Source: Botryllus schlosseri | Taxonomy: Eukaryota | DNA length: 60,000 nt | NCBI GenBank assembly: GCA_051294905.1 | Contig: CM119371.1 | Span: forward strand, 19,594,001 to 19,654,000 | Direction of reading: 5' to 3' | Shown: piece by piece, positions 20,676-33,943 of the stretch | Numbering within the stretch: the stretch's first letter is position 1 | Layout of the letters: every line of letters begins with the position of its first letter | Notes under the pieces: generated by a model | Told to the model about the DNA's origin: nothing | The model's input: the letters and a program-made list of their open reading frames with translations, nothing else | Database searches by the model: none | Translations under genes and position numbers: made by a program

Positions 20676-21287
20676 ATGGCATCGAACAGCGTCAGCAGTA
20701 TGCAAGTCGGAGCAGTTTCAAATTTTCACGTCGGTGTCAAATTCGTCTCATCACCCAAAAGAGGTGGCGTTAGTCAATATCTGAAAGGTATATTCATCGA
20801 CGGTAATAAGGAAGAGATATCTTTCACGTGTTTCAATCGTGAATTGTTCGGGGTCATTGAGAAAGCATTCTCCAAACGAAAAAAACTCATGGTCAAATCC
20901 GGTTGGGTCCAAATTGACAAGTTTACTGGAAAACCTGCTGTATTACTGGGACGGGCTTCGTCAGTAACTCTACATGGAAAATCGAGACATACGACTGAAG
21001 AATACCCATTATTGACCTGTGAATCGGTATACGGAAATAAAGATGAATACGTATCGATCGCCGCTACTTGTGTTTCTCGAGAGGAGAAGATGGTCAATTC
21101 TGGTGCCGGAAAGGAGTTGAAATTATACAGTTTTACATTAAAAGACGATACCGGAGAGGTGGTTTTGGACCAATGGAACAAAGCCTCGCTCGTACCCGGG
21201 AAGAAATACCAACTCACTCGTGTTAAAAACTGTGTCGGCAGCTTGAAAATCGATTCGTTAACTAGACTTGTTGAATTGAAAGAATAG
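20676..21287 (+). CDS. Tandem OB-fold ssDNA-binding protein (RPA/SSB-like)
   Basis: FTLKDDTGEVVLDQW...LVPGKKYQLTRVK matches the OB-fold LxDxTGxIxxxxW pattern. A similar N-terminal unit reads IFIDGNKEEISFTCF. Confidence 0.7.
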   Translation: MASNSVSSMQVGAVSNFHVGVKFVSSPKRGGVSQYLKGIFIDGNKEEISFTCFNRELFGVIEKAFSKRKKLMVKSGWVQIDKFTGKPAVLLGRASSVTLHGKSRHTTEEYPLLTCESVYGNKDEYVSIAATCVSREEKMVNSGAGKELKLYSFTLKDDTGEVVLDQWNKASLVPGKKYQLTRVKNCVGSLKIDSLTRLVELKE

Positions 21288-21424
21288 TTTGCATATTTCT
21301 ATACCACAATACAATATTTCATTTCACGTAAAATGTATGACCTATGTGTTTCGATAACTGGGTTAGTGCAGTGTTGTTCTACTGATCGAGGTGTGAAAAT
21401 TGCGCTATCGCGGTGAAGTCGCGA

Positions 21425-22100
21425 CTGTGAACAGCAGACTATTTTGTAGGCACGAAGCAGCGAATAAGCCGAAAGTATTATTCAGCTAGCAATCAATAGC
21501 GAGGAAAGAGAACACGATCGGTCATTTGACACGACTAAACTACGACATCATATATCATAATTTACGATCAAACTATTTCGCACTGAATGGAATAGTGTAA
21601 TAATCGATAGTAGCACACAGCTGCACGGGTAACAATTCAGCGCGCAGGTCATTCGAAATATAGGTCGCACGCACTGCGTAAATCCTCTTACAAGCCGCGT
21701 TTCCGTTTGTGTGGTTATTGTTGGTGACTATTCAACACCACGCGAGAGAGATGCCTGAAAGTACGAAATAGCCGCTCACGACCCCCGCCATAAGAAATAA
21801 GAGCCGCTTGCGACCGATCCCTATACTGAAAAGGGTTACCGTGCGACCACAAGACACAATAGCCGCTCACCACCCCCGCCATAAGACAAAAGAGCCGCTC
21901 ACCACCCCCGGTTTTCCAGCCGCTCACGACCCCCGCCATAAGAAATAAGAGCCGCTCACCACCCCCGCCATAAGACGCAATAGCCGCTCACCACCCCCGC
22001 CATAAGAAATAAGAGCCGCTCACCACCCCCGGTTTTCCAGCCGCTCACCACCCCGCCCATAAGAACCCCTGCCACCGGTTGACCGATCTATATAACTACT
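21425..22100 (-). repeat. Maverick right terminal inverted repeat (676 bp)
   Basis: Reverse complement of 4838-5513. Confidence 0.96.
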
Positions 22101-22548
22101 TTCGATGATATCGTACACGCGTCAGAAACATATAGTGGCGAGATTTCATAGGCTGACGGATCTCAATAACCAATTTGTCAAAACTATAGAGATGAAAGTC
22201 GGTTGGTCCGATTCTTAGAACAGGATTGAAATTTAAATCTGTAAGCAGTGATCTGTACATAGAATTATACTAATTCCACTTTTGGTTCAGTTCCAGGACA
22301 CACAATGCTGACAGCATCATAACCATGTTAGCTTCAAACACGCTTCTACTATGTGTAGATAAAATATAAATCCCCCAATTCTACGCATACAGACAACGAA
22401 TCTACCTAAGACACGCCCGAATCGTTTTTTATAAGCGCAAGACTGAAATAATTATTGAATGGCCAATCTGAAATCCCGCACTCGTTATCCAAATTATGTC
22501 AATCTCGTAGCAGCTTTCCCGCTGTGATATTAAGTATTTACGTTAGAT

Positions 22549-22860
22549 CAGTGGTTCTCAAACTTTTTAAGACACGCCCCCCCCTCCTATGACGGTGAAA
22601 GATTTCGCGCCCCCTTATTGGCATATCACAAAACGCAACCAGGATACTAGCAAACCTAACGGGTCGTTTGAAGGCACGGAAGGTTACAACTGTGGATGAC
22701 AGATTTTAAAATATCTAATTCAGACTAAATACTAAATACTTTAAATTGGAAGTAAATCGCGCGGAGCGCGAATTTTTTTTCAGTTGAGCTCAGTTTCGCG
22801 ACCCCTTCAGATGCTTTCACGCCCCAAAGGGGGGCGCGCTCACCAGTTCGAGAACCACTG
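22549..22860. mobile_element. hAT-type MITE nested in the 4661-23037 element
   Basis: TIRs CAGTGGTTCTCAAACT and AGTTCGAGAACCACTG; degraded TSD (CGTTAGAT vs TCTTAGAA). Confidence 0.75.
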
Positions 22861-23045
22861 TCTTAGAATTATCATGGTGAAATATACCAAGAAAAAGTTA
22901 ATCAAGTCCCTGCATTAAGTCGATTTTTAGTACGCATTTTATCAATATTTAAAAAAGTTTCTTTAGACTCGCGCGGGCCGCACAGAACGGTGTTGCGGGC
23001 CGCATGCGGCCCGCGGGCCGTAGTTTGCCCACCCCTGGACTAGAC

Positions 23046-23198
23046 TGATTGACCTTGATCTGCAATACATCACAACGGGAGAATTATTGTGTCTGGAGTC
23101 TGGACTTATAGCAGTCAGTTGGAGATACCAGAAGTCCGTCATTACTCGCAACTATACTCTAGTCCGGCTCAAGCTGAGCTGTTTCAGTACTGTGAACA
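23046..23198 (+). repeat. Probable remainder of the BEL/Pao 3' LTR
   Basis: Resumes after the hAT TSD and ends GTGAACA, inverted-complementary to the TGTCAC start. The end is inferred because the 5' LTR is outside the window. Confidence 0.45.
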
Positions 23199-24061
23199 AT
23201 TACTTTCGCAATCACACGGGACACCCGGACTACCGTACAGCAAGTAGGCTACTTTGTGCTGCACCAAATTGCGCATCTCGCAATGCTTTGTAACGATTTC
23301 CAGCGGATGAAGAGAAGGCGGATATGGAAGATAAATTGCCAGCGGGATAAATACACGCCAACACAGGGTGTTCGACTTTGATTACCTGACCTAACCTGTC
23401 ATATCGACCTCGCCTACCGACATATGCTGCATTCATTTTTGTCGCTTATCCCTCTTAGGTTATCCTTTCTTAGATCCAGTGTGCATGACTCATATTTACA
23501 TGCTGTAGGCCAAGGTAGGTGTCTGATTAAAAGATTACTGCAAGCCGTTTCGGCACCCTCCCGTCTTTTCATTATATTCTATCGCAATCATGCGGTATAC
23601 TGATTCGATAAAAAGTTTAATAAAGATGATATATCCGAATGTTTTGATTATAGGCGAATGCATACAATTTATGATCGTTTTCAATCAGGGTAGTTGAAAG
23701 TAAACTCTGATACGACGAAAAGAATGCAGAAGGTGACAGGAAAGTTTTTTAACGATATGATCAGATCGACGGTGTGAAACGGCAAGGACAGACAGTTGGC
23801 CTGTGGGTGCAAATAGAGCGACGATCGACACAATTTTGCCATCAACGAAAACCAGGTTTTCATCTGGAAACCTTGTAGAACCACAGTATAGAGATTTTTG
23901 GTCTTCGATCTTTAATAGTTATAACCGATCTTTAGATATGAATACCTGAGAATACCGTTTTATCGATGAGCGCTGTGTGAACTGGTGGTATTAGGCTACG
24001 TTTTAATTAGCCGCTGGAACCCGGTACATGTGGTCCTGGATTTGATTGCAAAGATGTTGAC

Positions 24062-24096
24062 CAGGGATATCTAGACTAGTAGTCTAGATATCCCTG
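24062..24096. mobile_element. 35-bp perfect-hairpin micro-MITE
   Basis: CAGGGATATCTAGACTA-G-TAGTCTAGATATCCCTG, flanked by the 8-bp direct repeat ATGTTGAC. Confidence 0.8.
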
Positions 24097-24581
24097 ATGT
24101 TGACATCTGACAAGCTAGCTTTCATGAGAGGAACTACATTGTGTTCCTGGATGTAGCTGTCCCAAAGGTGATGAATACGACTTGGGATTAAATTCGCTCG
24201 TTTGGTAGCCTACGTCAACTGAGACAGCCGACTGAACTTCATGCTTCACAAAGTAGACAGTATAGCAATATATGCTACTTGTATACATGGATTTCTAAAT
24301 ATCACGTGTATAGGCTGATGGTTGTTTCTCATATTTATTGTTCCTTCATCCGTACTGTGTTGCTGTTGATGCGATAGCTATCATTATAGTCGGCTATGTT
24401 TTATATTTATAATTGCTTCATAGGCAAATGTGATCAAGAAACCTACTCAAGTAGAAGTAAAAGTAGCGACGCCTAATTCGACTCAAGTACACGTAGAAAT
24501 ATATAGCGCTTTTCGAAGCAGCCCAAAGTAGTTATAAATGGGCACTCATGGATAATTCCATTCGCGATGTATTATTATAGA

Positions 24582-24740
24582 ATCATCATCATCATCATCA
24601 TCATCATTGGTTTATTAGCAATTTTATCAGTTCAATACACCACAAAAATGCGATACAATGAAAGAAAGGAAGATGTCGAAGCGACTAGGTTGTCTATGGA
24701 ATCTGACACCCACCTTGGCCTAGGCGATGTAAAGAGGAGG
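24582..24740 (-). repeat. Dispersed repeat with an (ATC)n tail, probably a LINE/SINE 3' end; second copy at about 26080-26222
   Basis: The shared TTCAATACACCACAA...GACACCCACC..GGCCTAGGCGAT block sits next to a microsatellite in both copies. Confidence 0.55.
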
Positions 24741-26732
24741 CATGCACACTGAATGAAGGTAAAGAAGATAGTATAGAAAAAGAATGCGACAAGAAATAGG
24801 GCGGCATGTCATGGGAAGCGAGATCGATAGGTCAGTCGTGGTCCGGTAATCTTGAGGATGAACTGTATAGTGTTGCTATACTTTTTCACCCCAGTGATGA
24901 CTTCTTTCATAAACTGTGACATGGCCCCGCCCCTCGTATTTCAAGGCCTGTAGATGATATGATGCTGAGCGAGGTATAGGATAATGAGATTTACTTGGGT
25001 ACTGCAACTAGAGGAAAACTACTCAAGAACTTCGCAAAAGTAGGAAGTGCTTAGCTACCGAGCACCTCTTCATGTAGGGCGTAGGCCTATATAAACAGCC
25101 TTAATTTTTGAATTATGTATATTCTCGGCTTAGTAAGGTTATAAATTGAGCATTAATACTGTAACTTTACGAATAAACTGGTGGAAATCATTCAAAAAGT
25201 CAATTTTAGGCGAACCGACGAGAGCATCTATAGGCAAATCAATGATAGATCGCTGCAGCTTCAGGACCAAAATGGCGGACGCCCTAAACGTAACAATCAA
25301 ATGACGACACAATGACCTCGCACTTCTTGTCCTTCTACATTCTTTGGTCCAAGGTACCGCGCAGTGAGTTGCTGAGTGCGCGCAGACTCGTGAAGAATTA
25401 GCGGAAACATTGTTTCCAACTTGGCCGATTTTTAGAAACGAGGGGGCAAAAATGTTAGAACGTCCAGTTGGATATATAGTTGATTAACACGGCCAAAAAG
25501 TACACATGAACACAGCTTATACAGGTCAACTCACAGGAAAGTAGACGCGGAAACCGGTTTCCCGAGCACATACTCGAAAAAAATGACCCTCTTTAAGTCA
25601 GGTCACCAGCGATCAGATTTAAGTGAATAAATTTCATGTTTATAAGTCCACTTCTATGTACAATTGAAAAGTATATTCATATTGGAATGAACCCGAATGT
25701 TTGCGGTTGACATTCTTCAGGGCAGGTGTAATCGTCAGCAACTAGTAGAGAATTGGAAGGAACATTGTATCAACAACCGTATCTCGAAACGTGACGTCAC
25801 CAGCATGAAATGAGATCTCAAATGAGAGAGCGTCCAATGTACTATTTTAAGATGGTACACGAACTCCTTTTGTTGACAAAGCTTTGGCTGATGTATCAGT
25901 GTTGACCAAAAAAGATGTCATTTTTCTGATTTGACTCCCGCGTAGCACTTCGTCTGCCTTTAGCCCAGAATTTAAGGTCTTTCGTGGTCTTGTTGTGCAT
26001 TTTAGGTTAAAAGGGAGGACATTTTGGCGAAGGGGGTCCTTTTCTTCAAAAAGGAGGGCAGGTTCTCCTAAACGAGGATGTTCAATTCAATTCATTGCTA
26101 ATAATTTCATCATTTCAATACACCACAAGACTGCGACGCAATGAAAGATTGGAAGGTGTCGAAACGACTTGAAATATTCTGTGATATCAGACACCCACCT
26201 GGCCTAGGCGATATGAAAAAGGTAACGCAAGGTAACTCTACTATCACGAGACGGCAGATAAGTAAGATTTTCGAAATCATATCCCGTTACCGTGATACAT
26301 GACACTTTCAATCAGTAATGTGATGAGAACTCATCTCAAAACTAATTTATACATTTAAGCGTCCAATCAGTAGAAAGTAAGTAGTTTGCCTGACAAACTG
26401 TTCAAGTATAGAAGTGGAAGTGGTATTAAACATAATCGCTTTAAGTAAGTATAGCGCAAGTAGGCAAAGTCTATATATTTGACTACGCGGAAAAATCTCA
26501 AGTAGCCTACGTCGTTACTGACCACTGACCAGGGACCACCTCGCAGCTGAGAACAGGGTAAAACCGCTGGGTTGCATTCAAAACAAAAATTAATTTAAAA
26601 CAAACATATTAAAAACAAGGCGTTGTTTAAAACGTGTTTTTATTGTTTTTTAAGCCATGACGTCCCGATTATTTAATTGTGACGTCACAGTTGATTACCA
26701 TTTAAAATTGAAAATATAGGTCAGGGTATAGG

Positions 26733-29040
26733 CACTGGCGTAGCAGCATGGGCTGCCGCCCCTGGCTCTCGCCTAAAATGCCGCCGCCCTCCCTTAAGTA
26801 GACCGCAGCAAATTACAAACAATATGCCGCGTCTCAGCCTCACAGTCTCAACGTTAATAAGGCCAAAAATAATAAAGACAAGAAATAGCGAACGATTGTA
26901 TTGTGCAAATAGAAAATCAATAGCCGCCTGAAAGCAAAATCACCGATAATATCCTCAAATTCAAGTTTTTAAACGTGGTCTCTTTCTATATACACAGAAT
27001 GGATAGATCTCATAGCCGATCATCATTCATGGTAGAACGTAAATAAGACTTAATCAGTTTGAGCTTTGAGAAGCTCCTCTCACAGCTCGCAATTGAAACA
27101 CCAATGGTCAGATAAAGTTTCAGACACGAGCATAAATATGGTGTCGAATCAAGTAACTTTGCATTTACTAATCACTGTAAAACATCAAACGCTGTTGCAC
27201 TACGATCAAACGTGGTTTCATTGCTCCGCACCAGCCTCTTAACCCTTTTAAAATCTCAAGTTAAACAATTTCACATCATCATATCTTAAGTTGTGTTCGT
27301 CCTAGAGGCCTCATATTGGTTTGTACGAAAAGCTAGCAATCTTCTCATTTATATGATCTCTAATTCGAAGGTATAAGGCATGACAATTTTCGCAGCTAAC
27401 TGAAAAAAGTCCACCTCGTCGTCATAAATCAGACGCGGCCAACATACGGCCCGCGGACAGTTTTCCGTCTTACATGATAATGTGGCCGGCGGCCCCAGTC
27501 TTCCGAGATTCCCCACTACTTGCTTACATGCATCAAATTTTAGTGACTGTATGTTATTATACACATGTATGCGCATCGAGCGAGGGTGGAGCTTACGCGT
27601 AAGTTCGTCGAAGCGAGCAGACTTTCATTATCGGCATTTACGATGTACTCAACCCTAATGTCATTTGTGGTAATCATGGTGCTTGTCGACTATAATGGTC
27701 ATTTACACCACGCCGATATTTCTTATTTTTGATTCCGTAACCGTAGACTTGTAGCACGGCACACTTCTAGCCTTTTGTAAGACACCGCTTATGCCAGGGG
27801 TCGCCAACTAAACATGGGTCGCGGGCCACTTTCAAATTCCGAGGCCGCGGGCCGCATGAATTCAGTACCGAAATAAAATAGGCCATACAGTTGAACAAGC
27901 ATGCTATCTCGTCACCTACTAAACCCTAATGAATTGATATTTCGTACATTCGGGGTACCGAGCTTATCGAACGCAATAAAATCTTCATTATAAGGATTGC
28001 ACAGTGTGTTGATTGGTCAGAGAGAAGCAGACATGGCGGCGCCTGTATGACAATGCTGTTATCAAATCCACATTGTCTTCGTCATTATTGGCGAGAAATG
28101 GCTCTAAAGTCTAAAGTTACATTGCCGTCGTTAAAATACATTCATTAAATACGCTTTATTCCTTGTATATGTGGATAAACGGGCGAACAATGTATCAATT
28201 CAGCAATCCGACCCGCCAAGTATTTAATTTTCCTATATCCGGCCCGCCGACCGGAGAAGTTGCCCGCCCTGTCATAAATGCTTCTAAAAGCGCCGGTGAA
28301 TAAATTGTGACTTTCGCTTTACAGCAGCGCGTGGGAATTCAAAAATCCAAACATATCATTTAAGTGGTGTATGCCGGTAAACCTATAGTTTCAGCTGCAA
28401 GTTTCCATCTGTCCAATGCTTGAAACATACATCGTCTAACTTTTTCAACAACACTGAGGCCAGCATCTTCTGATTGTTCGCCAGGCATTCTCCTTTTTCT
28501 GCGAACTCTCCGAACAATCGGCCTTGACGGCTATTACGGAGTGGTTCCGTCGCCATGTTAACATATTAATTCGTGTGTTCGGAATCAGCGCGACACTAGC
28601 TTTCGACTGAGACCTGTTTGATTAAATTTTAGCTCACGAGACGCCAGCTATAGGACTTCCAATTAGTCTTCTTTTAGCCGGCTGTGTATACTGTGCCGAG
28701 CGATATAGTGTAATGGTGATGCTCCCGGCTTCTTGATCGGTAGGTCGTGGATTCCATCCCCGGCCGCGCCAGACCAAAGACTCGAAAACTGGTATCCGCG
28801 ATTATCCCGCTAGGCGCTCAGCAATCACGGAGGAGAAAAATACGGTGGTGCAGACAAGATGACCTTACTATATAGTCCGTATCGCATCTCCATCGTCAAA
28901 GCATCTCGTCGATGGTGCAGGCGAAAAGAATATCATATCTCTCTCTCTCTCTCTCACTGTACAGTCTCATTTTGCCGCCCCCTTGGAGCCTGCCGCCCCT
29001 GGCGCAGAGCCAGAACCGCCAAGTGGCTGCTACGCCACTG
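26733..29040 (-). mobile_element. Decayed hAT transposon with a transposase remnant and nested inserts
   Basis: TIRs CA(C/G)TGGCGTAGCAGC; TSD GGTATAGG/CGTATAGG. The minus strand at about 26990-27140 encodes LYLTIGVSIASCERSFSKLKLIKSYLRSTM (hAT dimerization domain) with stops. Confidence 0.85.
28695..28860 (+). mobile_element. tRNA-derived SINE, possibly with a Meta-type central domain
   Basis: A-box and B-box-like head, then CCAAAGACTCGAAAACTGGTATCCGCGATTATCCCGCTAGGCGCTCAGCA. Confidence 0.6.
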
Positions 29041-29559
29041 CGTATAGGCTATATATATATAGCTCGTTTGAAGAAATATCTACGTAGCTGTTCGACTGAA
29101 TATTTTGAGGATTGCAACCATTCGATATCGATTTACGTCAGCTATATCGGGTGGTAATTGTCCGTATAGGTTCATACAATATGTTTTTCGGAAAGTATTT
29201 GCACAATTATGGCATGATTTTACAACTTGAAAAAAAACTTTTTTTAAAGACCTTTGTTTAAAACAAAGTGTTTTAAACAACATTTGTTTTAAATGAAACC
29301 CTAATTGCAACCTTGAAAATGGTGTATGCTCCGTGACGCAATAACACTGTAATGATTTCTATGCAACATATTGCACAACACATTTCGCGTTTCAAGTTGG
29401 CCTATGTCTAGTAAGTGAGAATGTGCAACATAGCCGTTGTTATGCAAAAGAATCGAATACCCCCGGGACAATTTGTTATAAAATAAGCAACAGTATATAA
29501 TGGGATCACAACTACGATTATCCCGGTAATCATTATGGCTTTTCTCTACAATGCACAAC

Positions 29560-29632
29560 GCCTCGATGGCGCAGTAGGCAGCGCGTGAGTCTCATAATCT
29601 CAAGGTCGTGAGTTCGATCCTCACTCGGGGCA
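29560..29632 (+). tRNA. tRNA-Met (CAT), elongator type
   Basis: 73-nt cloverleaf. Acceptor stem GCCTCGA/TCGGGGC, anticodon CAT at 29593-29595, T-loop GTTCGATCC, and a downstream TTTTT Pol III terminator. Confidence 0.95.
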
Positions 29633-31538
29633 TTCTTTTTCATTCCTTTCGGTTAAGTCGGGGCCAGGATTTAAAATTCGTGTTACTTTTTCTGCGTCAT
29701 AATAAGGCATCAGACGATATTCCCCACATAGCAACCCAGTATTCCTAGCCTGTATGGTATTTCTACCATATTTTCGTGGTTAGGCTACTCCAAGATTAGA
29801 ATTATGACCATCATGGAAGCCAACCTAATAAGCACATATATGATATCGATCGGGTCAACTATGGATAACTAACCTAAGGATGGATCTGAACCACGTGGCC
29901 GGACGGTTGGCAGCCATGAAGGTCTAGCAACTTCTGGCAGCTTCTAAACTGCGGATTATATCGTAATATGATATAACTTGCGACCCGGGCGCAAACTCTG
30001 CTGTTGTTCTGATCCCGATAATATCAACTTTGATCTGGCCACAGACTTGTACAAACTAAACATTTAGTTAGTTGATGGTCAACTAACTAACTAACGTTCT
30101 TTTAAGTAGTTCCAGTTGTAGTTCTAGTTGCTGATTTTGAAATATATCAATATTCTCAGTCTAGCGATCAAAGATTATAGTTTTCTGGCTTCCTTCCGCC
30201 ATGTTGTGACGTCACACGCAAATTGCCGTTAATTTTTCAACTCCAATGGCCGATACCGATAATTCTTTCAAAGTGTGATATCGTCTCGATATTATCGACG
30301 AACCGATAATCGGTCGGGCTCTAGTATATTCCATCTTTAGACATCTGGTTAGAATACCAGTCTTCCTGACACGCATTCGCGATAAATAAGCATCTCCAGA
30401 GTTATTCTCTATCTGGGGAAGTGGAAGTACGCAACGCAACCCTTGAGCACCCTCTCGCATTGCGTAGAGATGGAAGTTTATGCCATTTGATCAGTGGTAA
30501 TCTATACTATTTTATTTGAAAGAACGGCATGTTCTGCACATGCCATAGATAAACTTAAAATCATCTATACATCCTCGGTTTTTAAATATTTTCATCTGAA
30601 ATTCGTGCTTGGTGGATTGCACCTAGTTTTCGTAGTGTTTTACCACATCATCACCAAATTTGTAGCTGAGAGTTGGATTTCTTCAAGACGTTGGATCGAA
30701 GAACTCTAATATATGCTTTAAGAATCGATAATATGATGTTGGCAAGGGATATGAAAACCCATGCTCATCATTGCATTTCGCAGTTTCGAAACAACGCCAT
30801 TCTGCCGTCCAGTATCAACAGATGCTACGGTGTCACATATGATATATGAGTTTTTCGAATTTTCCTGTACATCATATTCTTCTAAGCGGTTTTCTAGACC
30901 GCTGAAAATACCTAGAGTTGTTCTACTTTCGCCTTTTCGAACACCCAGTTTGATTTTTGCCAGACAAATTGAAATTATACGATATATACAGTCTACATCT
31001 AAAATCGGAATTAATAATTATTTATTAATTATTTAATATTGACTGTAAACAAGAACACGATAGGAATAATTCAATCTGGGCGTTCAAAATGTACCAAAAT
31101 ACTATTTTAAATCTTCGCAATTGGAATTGGGTCACTTAAATTCAAATCAGTAGATAAATAAATTATAAAGTCTGTATCTACAAAAGAAAGCCTATCCTCC
31201 ATACAGTGAAAACTGGAAATTTTTTGTGCGGGAGGTTTTTGTTCAAACAGTCTTAACTTTTGTGAGTTTTGAAATCAGGACACAAAAGCTCATCATTTGT
31301 GACTACAGGCCACACAAAATTTTGAAATTTTTTTTCTAGTCATAACCCTAATGTGCACTGTGCAGCCATTGCTCGCTCAGAGTCATCACTGCTAATAGGG
31401 CTGCACAAAATCGAGTAGGCTACTTGAGTGATTCGATTCTGAATCACGCATTATGCCTCGAGTCGAGTATTCGAGTACCACTCTTTATGACTTCATGAAA
31501 GGATGTAATATGTCAAAGTTCAAATATGAACCTTTTGT

Positions 31539-33943
31539 TAGGGATGGTGTGAACCTCTGAATGGTTCAGGTTCGTGTGAACGCGAACGTGACGTCATATT
31601 GCTAATTCTAACCCTGCATTTCAGTGAAGTGATAGCCTATAATAATGTACACCAGTGGTTCCCAACCTTTTTCGGTGGCAGGGCCAAATTTAGAATTTCA
31701 GAGTACTGTCGGGGCCGCACGAATACCCGGAAGGATGAAAGGAACCCAAAATAGTCTTCAAAATATGAAAATTCGCATTGTTCCGATCATTCGCTTGACG
31801 CCATTGGCCATAGTGTTGACGCGCTCCCGTTGTTCAGAACAATCAACCTTTGCTGGCTATTTCGGAGTAGTTTTATTGCCCTGGCGAGATTTCAATTCGT
31901 ATTTTTGGAATCAGTGCGACACCTCCTTTCGATAAACACCGTCATATCAAATTATTCGGACGCTTGGGTCGCGAGCTATAGGACTACCAATTATGCTGTT
32001 TTTTGCCGGCTAAGCAGTACACATCTCGGCGTATTTAATCGTGAGTCACTTGTTGCACATCTATCCGTAAATTAGTTATCAATACCCATAGGGCCGTAAC
32101 AGCACTTCGTCAGCCTAAAACGTTGCTCTTGGCCCCCTCAGGCTAGATGGCTGTTTACCGCTATTCATCATCTAAATCGGGTGTCCGTTTTAGGCAGCTT
32201 CTCTCGACTAATCGCGCCATGCGCGAAAAATTTCTATAATTCATGGTTGAATCGGTCAATATAATCGGGAATTGAAAATATATTGGTACAATTTTTATCC
32301 TCTCTCTGCTCACGTAATCAGATTGACCGGTTGAGCCGAGTGAGTTGTCTTTGAAAAGGTAGGACCACTCAATAATAATTAAACATCTTCGGGCGTATAC
32401 CCATTGGCAGGAACGAAACAGCACTTCGTCGGGCCCCTCAAAACACTTGGGTCTTGAGCTCCCATAAGGTGATAAACCGACCCCCCCGCCGTCCCGTTGT
32501 TCGATGCTGTCACGAAATCATGATCACCGTTTAGGGAGCCAGCGTGGAGCGCGAAAATCTTCGATAATTCAAAATAAAATAGGCCAAGAAGATCGGGAAT
32601 TGCATATATATTGCCATCAATTACTTGTCCTCTCTGCTCACGTAATTAGATTTACCGGTACAGCTGAGTGAGGTGTCTTGGAAACTGTAGGGCCCGTAAA
32701 TAATAATTAAACATATTCGGACGGGCGGACCCGTTGCTACGACTTCGTTACATGATGTTATTACGTGACCTCCAGTCTGCTATATCAAAAAATATAGAAT
32801 CGCCCAAACGTACTAAACTAAATGATGCACACGATTTCAAATTGGCAGTTCTTCACTGGCATATAATTCTTCCTGCGGGATGGTATAGCCTATTTGTCTC
32901 GTGAGGTTCAGATTGCCAAGACAGGAATATTCGGCGCCAGTCATTTAGGCGCCTATGGTCTTATCTTAGCAGTCTACTCACAACTTTCCTGCAATCCTAA
33001 TTGAAAACTCCAGACTCCAAGCCAAGCAAGAGTATTTTATAAATATTTATATAAAATTATTTCTCAATATTTTTGTGGGGGCCGCATGCGGCCCTCGGGG
33101 CCGCGGTTGGGAATCACTGATGTACACGATACCTAGAGACGACTCGGGCCACATCATGCCACAATGCTGAAGTATTTATTGAAGTTTTAAACGTCGCCAA
33201 ATGTATCAACGGGGGCAATCAAATGATATAATAATCCCACAAAATCAATGCCTTCCGTCGCTTTCCCAACGATTTCGACGAGAACTTGCAAGGGAATATA
33301 ATAAGCTTACGCCTTTAAGGTCTAAGCCAGACCAGATAATGTATTCGGCGTTGATATTGAGCAGAGTGTAAAACGGGTTCTATCTATACTTGCTACCGAT
33401 AGTTATACAGCCGTAGCCAACACCCCAATCATCGTACGGATTCAGTTTTTATGATACAACAAACATATTGAATCGAGATCGACCCCGTACACCTGCTAGA
33501 CTTTTTACATCAGACAACAATATCAATTTCATTAATTGGTTGAAAAAGAATCATTCGCTGACTACCTACACGTAGTGTATTTCGCTCTAAATGTTGTGTT
33601 ATTGCGGGTCAAGCTCACAGCAGAGAGTCACTAAATATTCACAAACGGTAAGCTGGATTTTCGAGCAAACTTGCAACGAAGCAAGTAAAATTTTTGAGAT
33701 TGTTAAGGCGCATATGCTCGTTTAGTGTTTCTTTTTTATTCTGCTAGCGCCATTGATGGAGTGACCCGCAGTTGAAATGCAATAAATTTCAACCAAAGAT
33801 GTTATAATGAAGTTAAAATTGTAATATATGAAAAAGGTTCACAGTGCAGAACCTACCAAGGTTCGTTTGTCAACGCGAACCTTTAAATTTCTGAGGTTCA
33901 CATACAGAACGCGAACGTGAACCTCACGTTCACACCATCCCTA
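31539..33943. mobile_element. Non-autonomous hAT element (middle)
   Basis: TIRs TAGGGATGGTGTGAAC and GTTCACACCATCCCTA; TSD CCTTTTGT/CCTTTTAT. Confidence 0.88.
31653..33119. mobile_element. Non-autonomous hAT element (inner)
   Basis: TIRs CAGTGGTTCCCAACC and GGTTGGGAATCACTG; perfect TSD ATGTACAC. Confidence 0.9.

Larger units (their letters stand above)
4838..22100 (-). mobile_element. Maverick/Polinton (adintovirus-like endogenous virus), 17,263 bp, full-length
   Basis: Ends AGTAGT...ACTACT; 676-bp TIRs; 6-bp TSD TTCGAT (4832-4837 and 22101-22106). pPolB, integrase, ATPase, protease and major/minor capsid ORFs are all open. Confidence 0.98.
4661..23037. mobile_element. Non-autonomous hAT (Charlie/Buster-like) element hosting the Maverick
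   Basis: TIRs CAGGGGTGGGCAAAC (4661) and GTTTGCCCACCCCTG (ends 23037). Identical 8-bp TSD GACTAGAC at 4653-4660 and 23038-23045. Confidence 0.92.
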
